From: Raillietiella orientalis
Lineage: Eukaryota
DNA: 64,000 nucleotides
Direction: 5' to 3'
NCBI GenBank assembly: GCA_036172245.1
Contig: JAYWIR010000020.1
Location: 2,790,001-2,854,000, forward strand
This document shows positions 49,373 through 60,250 of this stretch, piece after piece. The position numbers and the translations under genes were made by a program. The notes beneath the pieces were generated by a model, which saw only the letters and a program-made list of their open reading frames with translations, had not been told where the DNA came from and ran no database searches. How positions within the stretch are numbered: position 1 is the stretch's first letter; each line of letters begins with the position of its first letter.

Positions 49373-52300
49373 CCATCTCGAGATACTTCTCGAGACTAAC
49401 AGGCAGCCATCTCTTTAGCCATCCGTGTGGAGACTGCAGTCCTTCCTGAGTTGCAAGGGGGCACCTCTGAATTAGAATTACGTCCTTCGTTCTCTTTGAC
49501 CAGCCTCAAAGGACCGTCAGAGCGAGGCAGGAAAAGATCCTTCCTTGATGTTTGCAACGGCGGTTCCTGCTCCTCGAACGGGCGCATGTCCACCGGGATG
49601 TCTTCCTGGGTCCTCCTGAAACCTTCCAGGTGGAGCGTCCGTTCTCTGAAGGCAGGAGTGAATCCGTCAGCTTTCATGGATCCGTAGATCCGAATTCGGG
49701 CCGTTCTTGCTTCAACAGAGGCTTTCTGCGTCTTGGCGGAAATGTCGCTCGACATTACTCGGACCAGAAGGATTTTTCTGGAGGTGGCAGCAGGTTGGAG
49801 CGTTACGAGCTGCCAAGGAAAAAAAAGGAAACAAAAAAAAACGAAAACTTCGCCTTGTTGCCTTGGGCTGAACGAAGATGGAGGCTGCTTTCCAAGCTAG
49901 ATAAAGGAGTCTTTAGCAGGAAATCAGTCAGTCGTTTGTCAAATTGCTGGTGGAACCATTTGCTGGAACATCTTCATCTTATCAGAAACGCGATAATTGT
50001 TAAGACTCTGGACTCTCAGAAACTCGGTACTTTTGCAGCTTCAGAGTAATGAGAACGAAGCTATGATGCTCACATGTGGAACGGGAGTCACTCTGTAACA
50101 AGATCAACGAAGCCTCAAGGAAGCTGAGAGCGTTTTTCCCCGCTGGGCAGAGATAAATGCTGAACAGTCACGCTCCGCTGTGCAGGCTCAAGTTTCTCCG
50201 GATGGGAAAGAAAACAACCGGGGAGCAAATGTATTTATTTTCCTCACATGGGTGCCTCTCACTGATTTAAAATCGAGTGGACTCGAGGCCTAGCAGCTCG
50301 CGGAAGAGCGAAACCGAGTTTCGATCTTCTAGCAGTCGGAGGGAACCAACTTCCGGAAACTTTCTTCTTACGACGTCTCTTCATTCTCTCGAACCGGCGC
50401 CACAAGTGGCGGGCAAAAGTGGTGCTCGGTCTGCGCTTTTAATTCGCAAAGGACGATTTTTCAAAGGCGACAGGCTCATCAGTGCCGAAAGAAGGCCACG
50501 TGTGGTTCGAAGAATTTTGCAAGATCAAACAGGCAAATCTATAGGACAAATTAGTGTCATCCAGCCAAATGCAGAATCGCTCTACGATGGTTGAAGGAGA
50601 TGTAAATTGCGCGCTTTTGCGTGACCAGGTGAATTCGGTTTGTTCCCGGAGATAGGGAGACTGGTTTGTTATTGGCCACGAAAAGGTCACGAATTCTCCA
50701 CGAGAGAACAGGTGAATTTTTCGATTTACATGCTAGTGTACGAGTTTATACGTCCGGTAGCCCCAGGGAGCTCATTGAAATTTACAACGAACAAGCATCG
50801 TAAAGAAAGAGGACAAGGCAGCGCGCTCGGCCCTACCAGAAGCTGTGGGTCTCCCCGGGTTTCCTGGCTTCTGGTGAGACCTCACACGCATGAATCTCAT
50901 GCCCTCGCACATGAATCCGACGTGGACTCATGTGCGAGAGACGTGTGATTTTCCATTTGTTGTCAGGAATACGATTCCTCGTGAGTTCTTCCTTGTAAAC
51001 AGGTGGAAAGGAGGGCAGAAAGGAGGAAGCTCACGAATGGAAATCTTTTCAGAACCGAAACAGGCTTGATGAAAGCTCGCCCTGCTCAGGTCTTGTGAGT
51101 GTCTTGCACGGCGGAAATGCTTACAATCTTCGCAAAGTTCATCTCGGAGAAACTGCCACGTCGCCTGGAGGAATGGTAAAAGTCTCATCATTCAGGAAAG
51201 GGAGAACTCCAGAAATGAAAAATCGTGTCCTTGATTCTACGTTCCCTCCTTTCTTGGCACAGAGCAATGCAGTCAGTGAGAATGCTCGGATAAGGAAGCA
51301 ACCTTTGACCAGAAGCAGTGCAAGAATTCGCCTCCAAATCATTCGTTAGTCTGACAAGCTGAAAAACTGGAGAATTCACGAGATCCCAGAGTGAAATGCC
51401 CTATCAGGAGCGAAATTCTGGAAAAGTGCGTTCTGGCTCTGCGAAGTGCAGGTCAACTGCACGAAACCCAAGCTTTCTGAATTGCCGTCGCAAGTCGCTG
51501 CACCCGTTGGTTCGAAGCTCTCGAGCTTCGAACCAACGGGTGCAGTCAGGGTGGATAGTCAACCGCTGATTTTCTTCCGTTGAGCAAAAAGGCATCCAGG
51601 AAGGGCAAAGGATACAGAAACAAACGCAAGGGACCAGCACGAGAATTTCAAGAAACAACTTCCTGTCCAGCTAAGCGAGCGACGCCTCAACCAGTGCTGC
51701 AATGCCCTTCTACCGGGTTTTCTGTAACACGATCGGGATGAACTCTGTAAATCCAAGCAACCATTTCGCTGCTCACTTGGGTGGGAAACGCATAGCAAAG
51801 GGATTTTCAAACGCGCCGTGAAGCTTGGAAGGAAGGAAAGTAAATAATTACACGGAATCAAGTAATAAATGGAATAAGACTAATGTGTATAATCATGATT
51901 GGGTGTGTGTCTTATCGTATCATAATAAATACTTCCTCCGAAAGTCCGTGGTGCTATTCTAAAATGTAGCTGTTTCCGTAAAACCACTCCCTATGTTCAA
52001 GTAAACACGTAGGAGGTGTGACAAACAGCAGCAGGGACATCTAATCGCCGCCTGTTGCAATGAGGGTTTCTTTTTTCCTTCTGCAAAAAACGTATATTTT
52101 TTCAATTTTTTTAATAGTATTATTTTTTTTAATATATATATTCTTTTTATTTTCGCTTCCTCGTCGAACGAGTAGACCAGAATTGAAGGCACGAAGGTTT
52201 CCGCCGAATGCTTCGCCTTCGTTGATCGGCAAATCGGTTGGGTTCTGCCCTCTATCTTCCCTCGATTCTGTTCAGATCAGGAATGCGGAAGATGCAGTTG

Positions 52301-54121
52301 CTGAAAATCAGTCGAAGATTCTGGTGCTGGTTTCATACGGAAGCAATCAAAGATGTAAAGATTACCGGCTGACAAAGAGGTTTGGCTGCTAAGAGCCTTG
52401 TACTGTGGCTACTGTGTGTACGTCTTAAAAGGCACAATTTGGCTGCATAAACCTCTAAATCTAGAATCTGAGAAACAGAACAGAATAAGCAGCTATGAGA
52501 AACGAAGAAAGGCATTGGATATATCCTAAGAATATTCAAAAGATAAGAAGATATCCAGGTTTTTTTTTGCATCCCGATTTTCATTTTTCACTGTTTCACG
52601 TATTCCTTTTGCTTTCTTTTGAGTTGCGAGACCACGACTCAATGACCAAGACACATGCTTCCTAGTGCAAATGTTAGTCTTTCGAGCAGTGGCATGCTTT
52701 ATGGACAGAGGTCCACCTTCTCCATTCGGAAGCATTTCAACATCCGTAATGGTCTTGGAAAGTACTTCGGTTCTGAGAACTCTAGGATTTCCACCGGAAA
52801 TAAGCTGGAATCAGCGATCAGAAGCATTCGCGAGCTTTTCTGAGATGCTTGTGCATTTCGAAGAAGGGACAAGAGAGTTGGGGATGGGATCTTCATTCCA
52901 TAAGTGTGCCAGTCCTTGGGGAAACCATCCTCTTTTGGGAGAAAGAGTAGTGTGCGACAATGAGCACTGAAACCACCTAAACTCCTCAGCCAGATTTGTA
53001 AAACTCAGATAACACCGTGAAGCAACGACGAAAGAAGAGCACAAGCAAACAGGGTTTCCCCCCATTCCGGAAATTCCGTTTCGTAAAACCGCCTTTTTTC
53101 GAGTTTCCGGCGCTCCGACGTTGCCACAGTTTACGTCCATAACAACAACAAAAAAAGCCGCACGATTTTCTGGAAATGTTTATGGAACTTTACAGCTCTC
53201 TGTTTCTTTTCTCGCCGATTATGCTACTGCTGCCCGCAATCCCTCGCCTCGGTTGATTCTGCTCTTACCCGATGACCGAAAGCTTCCACTTGCAGAACAT
53301 GTCTTTCAGCATGGTGAGGATGCTAAACAGCACTGTTGTTATTGGAAGTAGAACGGTTTCTTATTAGGCAGGAGCATCTCGATGAAATTCAGGTTTCTGC
53401 ATCAGCCCTCTTCGGTGCCTGCTCGATGGACGATGAGCCAAATAAATAGATTAACCCTTTTGGGTGCGGAGCTCATTGAAACGTTCCGTGTTGATGGCAC
53501 GCGAGCCACAATGGCCATCCCTGTGGACGGAATGCGTTTTCGCGTGCTCCATCGAGGTACCGATTGACCACATAAAGTGCTGATTCAAGTCACTATTGTA
53601 ATTGTTTATTTACACCACACTAAACAGAACATTTTCGTTTTTCCAAAGCATATGTTATTTATTTGAAAACTATGATTACGATTCGAACAAACCGACAATT
53701 CATTCACCTCTCTGAGGTATCACAAAGATGGAAAACTGCAATGAATTCTCTGCCGCACTGACAGAAGAACCGGCAACAGTCAGCCGATATAAATAGAATT
53801 TTGTTTACTGTCGTTGCTAAGGGAATGATAAGAACGTGGGTGCCTGCGTCCCTCTCAAACGTGTCAACTTATGTGACCAGTATGAGGTGAAAACATTTGC
53901 CAGACGCTTAGATGCGCCCGTAGCGCACGCTGGTACTTTTCGTCGGACGCATGGATGCGTCCACAGCGCTCAAAGTTTAAACAAAGAGCTTAAAGAAAGT
54001 TTTGCTTGCAGTGGATTGCGAAGAGGATCATTAAATAGGACAGGGAATGCAGAGGATCACATGGAAATCTTCCAGATGAAAACGCCGAAATTAATGGGAA
54101 AGAGCACATCTGGCAAGACGT

Positions 54122-54688
54122 TCGTGCAGCGCTTGCCGGCCGCGCACTGCCTGGACAGGAGGAACGCGCGCGCACCAAGACCTGCGGCCTGTGGCATCGG
54201 AAGAACGCTGACACGCGAAGCGGCGGTCCGCAGCGCCCGCGTTCCCTTGCGGGCGCCCGCGCCTGGGCTTCTTCGAATTACAGGAACGCCCGTGCTGGCT
54301 GGCAGTCGGAGAAAACGGCCCCACCCACGCGCCGCAAGCGGCCCATTTGGCGGAGCCGCTCCGCTGCAGGGACGACGGAACTCGCTTCGGCAAAGCGAGG
54401 CCCTGGGAGTTCAGATCCAGCGCCGCCGCTTCCGATCGACAGGGCACAGCCGACCCTATCCGCCCGAGCGTGGTGCTGCCCGACCCTGTCTTCTGCATCT
54501 GGGCTCCCTCCTCTCCCCCGCTCTTCCGCTCGTTGGCTGCACGCGGACGCGCGCGCACGTTGCCGCACTTGCTCGGGGGATCGAGGAGCTCTCTCATCGT
54601 TTCGTGACGTCACGTGGGGCATCCCCTCGTCCACGTCGCTGTCTGAGAGCTGTTCAATGCATCTTGGCTACGCGAGTGACCGCGGATT
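54122..54688 (-). repeat. Right arm of the 567-bp near-perfect inverted repeat
   Basis: See 48806-49372; equal length and sharp boundaries at both ends. Confidence 0.97.
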
Positions 54689-55099
54689 CCGTTTCTCTTA
54701 GAATTTCAGTAAATTCCACTGGCCCGTTTTTTTTTTTTTTTCTCTGGGGGAGAAGGGGGGAGGGGGGTTGCTAAGAGCACTGGGAGCAGCCTGCAATCAA
54801 ATACGACAGCGTTCTCTCTAAGAATTGGGACTGCTTGCTGTGCAAGCACTAAGCATCTTCTGACGAGGAGCAAAATCGTCTCTGCAACGTTTGTCAACTC
54901 GAGGAAAATAGAAAAAAAAAAATTTCTTTCCTCATCTTGCTTTGTCCACTTTTTTCTTCCCTCTCCGAGTGCGGTTTCGCTTGGCTCTCGCGTCGGGAAG
55001 TTGTCCACTCTCCGAACAGTCAGCTCCTGAAGAATGCGATTCCTCTGTGTAGGAATTCCATCAACGGCCAGGAAGGAAAGGAGATACTCCCGGACTATC

Positions 55100-58000
55100 G
55101 CGGCTGAAATTCGACCTTTGTGAGAAGCTGACGTGCGAGCATGCAAGATGCATTCGGGTCGGAATCATCGTCAGTGATCTGCAGGAAGGATGGGGGGAGG
55201 GGGGAGGCAAAACGGCGGCGGCGGTCAGGAGCTGCGTTGCTTCGCGCGCCTCCTGACGAAATCATGGCGGCGATCCGGGCTGGCTGTCTGGTCTCTCCGG
55301 ACGAAACGAAGGGATTCCCCCCCAAAGGGATTTTCCGGAAACGCTGCGGAACCGTCGAAAGCTGCGGGAGGGGTTGGAAGGCGGCTCACAGAGGAAAACG
55401 GGTCATCCGCTTTCGGGGTGCCGCCCTGCGGGAACCTCCCGCGTGTTCCCCGCGTTCGCTCGGAACAAAAGCGAAGACGCGGAGGAAGAGCGCATTTGGC
55501 AGCACTGCCCTTCCTTCACGCGCGAAACCTCCAGTCGTTCTCGGGGCGTTCCGCGCTTTCCGACGACACGCATTCCTGGATTTCGAACTCCTCGCGGGTA
55601 TCCGCGGAAAAAGTTGCGGACGTCGGCGAGAGGGAAAGCAACGAACGTTCTCCGAAGAGCGAATTTCCTTCTTTCTTCCTTCCGCGGGCTGCCCGGTGCC
55701 ACGTGGTTGTGGGTCCCGCCGAACGTTTCGTAAGGGCGCCACGCTGTTTTTGGACGTCGATTATCTGCATCCCCCCCCCCTCTGCGTGGGTCAAATGGGT
55801 GTGGCCCGATGAGGTTCCTCCGTCCTGCTGATTTCGCGTCGGCATCTTCTCTCTCTTCCGCGCCTTCGCAGACTTCCCGTGTGCTTCCCGATGCTCGCCG
55901 TCGGGCGACGCTGCTTTCGATCCTCTCTCTCTCTGAACCCGTTTCGCTTCCCGCACGCGTGTGCTCGCCTCCTCCGCCGAGGTGCGCGTCGCTGCAAGAG
56001 AAGTTCGGGGCAGCTACAGCACGCTGCTGCCTCGCGGCATCGCTCTGGCGCATCACTGCTCATCACCTCCCTTACGTCACGAGCTGATGGGGAAAGACAC
56101 GGAGCCAAAACCCCCGAGGGCTCGTACTGATCTCCAGGGAACGGACGCTGGTCGTTCAGGGCACTTCCGAGCCCTTTCCCTTCCAGCCTACCGCTTCACC
56201 CGTTCCCAAAGAGAACAAGGGCGCGCCGCTGACCGTTCGCGCTTTGGAAAGGAAGTCAAAACGGGGTTGCTTGGAAACGAGGAATGCAGGGACGTTCATT
56301 GTTCTCGAATGGGCACTTGTTCCGCTCAACTCCAGGTGGGTGATCATTTATTTTAACAGTTTCCCTGTTTCCAGTTGAGAGCCCTGTCGCAACAAATAAG
56401 AGGAATGGCTAGGAGAAAGAAGAAGCTCATGGCCTCGAGCGTGCTCCGTCGAAAATGATTTGGCCTCTGGATGAGTCTTCAAGCCGATTTTTATAGCTGT
56501 GAAGATCCCAAGTACCCATCGGAAACTGCGAAAGCGATGGAAACGGCCTTCTCGCCGACGCGGAGGACCAGCCGCTGCCCGTAGCAGTAGCATCGCCACG
56601 AGATGGCACCCGCCCACCCCGCATTCGCGTGCGGTTCGCGAGTGCGTGCGCTCCCTGTGGCACACCAAGCGCTGGACTTCCCCCCCTCCTCCTCCTCCCC
56701 ACCAGGCGCTTTAATTGTCCGCTCCCTTGGAAAAAGGAAGCGCCCAGGTGAGGGTCGGAGAGAGGCGGCACGCGAGGTGCTGCCGGCGTGCAGCGCGTGC
56801 GCGCGCGACGGGAGCGGCGTTTCCTGGCGCGCCGCCAGGTTCGCCTTGCAGCGACGTCTGGCGGCCACGCCTGGTGCGAAAAGCCGCCGGGATTCCGCGT
56901 CCCGACCGCCGTGCGGGAGGACCGCCGTCCACCAAGGCGGTCCAGCACCACGGGACGGAAGGAAAGGAAAGGAAGGGCGGCGGCTACGCTGCCCACCCTC
57001 TTCGCAGCCCGTCAGGTGCACGCGCGGGCCGCGCGCAACCTCGAGCTTTCCGGGAGGAAGCGGAAGTCGGCGCGAGAGAACAGTCGGGCGGGAAGGGGGG
57101 AGGGGAGGAGAGGGGAGCACCCGGCGTGTCGAAACGAGTTCGAGAAAGTTCCCTGCGCGCATTGCAGCTGGCGTCCGCGAAATGCCGGAAATGCTCTCAC
57201 TGCTGCCGCCACCGCTCGCTGTTGGTCCTGGCCTCCTTTGCTCGGGAGTGCCGCCTGCGCGGCGCGCTGGACGCCGAGTCCGCTCCGGGAAGGAATGCCA
57301 GTAAACAACCTGCCTAAAGCAGCGCGTCTTCGTGACGGGCCGACACACACCGCTCGCGTGGTTGGAAAGGTCACGGAGAGGCTCGGCGCTCGCCAGGTGT
57401 CTCTGACGACGAGCAGGTCCGCCCTTTCCGCAGGAGTGCATGTCGAGACCGCAATGCGCGAAGGAGGAAGAAGAGATCCCGCGGGAGTCTCTGGAATCTG
57501 GATGGGACACTGGGCCGTGGGGCACGCGGAAGCGAGGAACCCCGGACGACTGCCAGACGGGAGAAAAAAATGAGGAAAGAAAAAGAGAGAGAGAGAAGGG
57601 GGGAGGGAGAGGAAGCATCTGGAAGATGCCGCGATTCGTTCCTGCATCGCGTCAGCGTCCCAGACGCTCTCAGGAACGGGAGAAGAGGTGGTGGAGGTTG
57701 TCCGGACGGCTGGCGGCCGAGACTGCGCCTCAGGGCGCCACTGTTCTCGCCGTCGTTTCCATCCTCGCCGCCCGCTCCGTCGCCGCGGGGGACCTCTCCT
57801 GTGTCCATCACACCGAGGAGCGAGGTTCATCCGGGCCGCCACAGGGGCTGGACTGCTCCCTGAGGCGCCAGCAGACGGGAGAGGGGAAGAGGGGATCAGG
57901 CACCTTGGAAGACGCCGGACACGCTCGGATCTTCCAGGTCCCAGAGCTGCCGCATGAGGCCGTCCCCGAAGGGCGTCCCGGACCATCCGTTGCCAGAGAA

Positions 58001-60250
58001 TGTCGCGGAGCGGGGAACCTTTTGGGAGCCCTCCGGAGGGAAAAAGCGAAGAGAGATCTCCTGGATTGAGGGATCTCCCGAGGTACAGGAAGGGATGATC
58101 TTCCTTGAAGAACGTGTCTTCTTGAGAAGGCGCGTGGCGCGCGGCATGAAACCCGCAGCCCCCTCGAAGTCAGCACGGGCCGTAGGGCGTCTGCGACCGG
58201 AAGGGATCGAGCGTCCGCGGCGTGCCGAGCTGGGTGTTCAAGAGCTTCGCTTGCGCCTGGGCTGGGGAGGAGGGATGCCCGCGCAGCCGGACGAGTCAGG
58301 AGCGGTCTCTTTGGACTTTGGGTGAAATCCTCATGGCGGCAGTGCGATCGCCCTGCCACCAGGAGGATTTTTTTTCCTGTTTTATCTTTTGCTTTCTGCC
58401 TCCTCACAGGTACACGAGGGTTGTTTCCGAAGAACAAAGGGGAAAGAGGGGAAAGGGAACGCGAACGCAAGCGACGTCGTTGGGAAACGCAACTCTATCA
58501 ATCGATCAAACGGAACGGAAGCGCGCACTCTGCTGCTGCCACCTCGACGGCGACCGAACCGATCGCTCTTGGTCCAAGTGTCCCGGAAGTGTCGACCCCA
58601 ATACCACCTTCCCCGAACCGATCTCGGTGGCGGCATGCAAATGGCGACGGCGGTGGCGGCTGAGCCAGGAGCTGTGGATCATCAAGGCATTCGGGGACTG
58701 CGGAGGATCCTCGTGACTCCCCCTCCTCCCCCTTCTTTCTCGTTCCCTCTGACTCTCCGCTGCGTGGAGATGTCCATGAGACGCACCTGCTGGATGCAGC
58801 AGCAGCAGCTTCCTTTTTTTTTCCGGTGGTTACCATCTGCCGTCTTCATCTCTTCCCGCAGGGTCAAGGGATCTCCTTGCGCCACCCCTGCAGGACGAAG
58901 AGTTCGGCGCACGCTTTCGGGACATGTTCCGGGAGCGGGGAGACTGCTCACACCATCCCGCCATTCCCGGCAGCCCTCCTGAGCTCTTGCACCCATCCGC
59001 ACTGCGGCCGCGGACGGAAACGCCGCCCCGCTTCGCTCTTCCCTTTCCGCCGAGCTTCCCGATAGCGAGGAGGCGACCCCCGTTCGCGATTCCTTCACGG
59101 GGCAGACGTCCCGGACCGCCGCGTCCGCTTCCAGCTGATTTCCCCACCCCAACCTTCATCCCGGCCGCCTCCCCAGGGAAGCAACGCCCGGTCGGAAGGA
59201 GTTGATGGCTTCCCGGATATGGCAAAACCGGTGCTTGCCGGAGGGCTCTGCAGGGGGTGCCGGAGGAGGAGCGACGCGGTCTCCAGATGTCCAACCGGAC
59301 AGCTCCCTCCGCCCACCGACCCCGGTCCACCAGCGTTTCTCCAGGACTCTCTTCGATCCAGGAATCAAGACGCACCTGGAGGAAGACGGAGGAGAAGGGG
59401 GAAGAGGAGGAAAAGCAGGTCAACGGACGACTGCGGGGAGACACGTCTCGAGGTCTGAAAGAAGAGTCGGGAAGAGAAGGTCCGGCGAGCCGGATGAGAG
59501 ACTCTGTCTATGGAGGATCCCTCTGCACCTCAGGCCCGCCTACCGTGGGACACACGCCTCAGACCCACAATTGGTGGCGAGCTCGTGTGGACCGATGCCA
59601 GTCGCGTGCTAATTCGGGCCAAGCATGCCGCGTCCTAGCGTGTCTGCCCGTGCGTGGCCGTCTGCGCCGAGTGCCGTCGGGGATGCGCGTTCCTCTTGGG
59701 TGGGTTTCCCTCCTGCACAACGGAGAGTTCCTCTTTTAATCCTCGCTAGTAAGGAGAGATGCGCAATCTGCGCATCCGGAGCGCTAGTGAAAAGAGTCGA
59801 CCCGCCGCTTTCGGGGAATCCAGGTCATTTCGAAGGTTTTCACACGTCCCGGGGGACGTTCTTTCCCTGCTTTCCGGCTGGAGCCGGCATCAGGGAGAAC
59901 GCAACCCAGGTCGCGGGAGGGATTTTGGCTCTGGCCGCCCACCTCCGAGGCGACGCGAGGTCGCGTGACCCCGAAGCCGCACGGGTTCTCGCAGCGGGCG
60001 CTCGCGCCGCGGCCCCTTGTGCCCGCTGCAAGAACTACCACCATTTATTTACCACACAGGCGCAACCGTGTCATTTACTCCCATTTACGAGGAAATCAGA
60101 TTGCGGCCCAGTACGCGTAAACACACAGTGTCGAGAACTACTGTACGCACACACTCGTCGACCGTGTTACAGGTGCCAGGGCTACCACTACCAGCAGCGG
60201 CTACGGGCGGCCGCTAATCATTCAATCAGCTCCCCGGCCAAGGAGGGAAC
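55100..60250. other. Second multi-kb GC/CpG-rich domain; boundaries approximate
   Basis: High GC and CpG; overlapping Arg/Pro/Gly/Ala-rich ORFs on both strands with no recognisable domain. Confidence 0.5.

Noticed and set aside
53836..54774. 312-aa ORF crossing the right inverted-repeat arm, and its 226-aa mirror at 48696-49376
   Set aside because: Several frames are open across the GC-rich arm; no transposase or other motif; the termini differ between the two copies.
56491..57618. 375-aa ORF, the longest in the supplied track
   Set aside because: Low-complexity composition, begins in a CT-rich tract, and is overlapped by similarly long ORFs in other frames.
57012..58170. Long minus-strand open frame containing FFKEDHPFLYLGRSLNP, reminiscent of the serpin C-terminal signature
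   Set aside because: The spacing between the two serpin-like parts is wrong, a stop lies just upstream, and no other serpin sequence was found; treated as chance.
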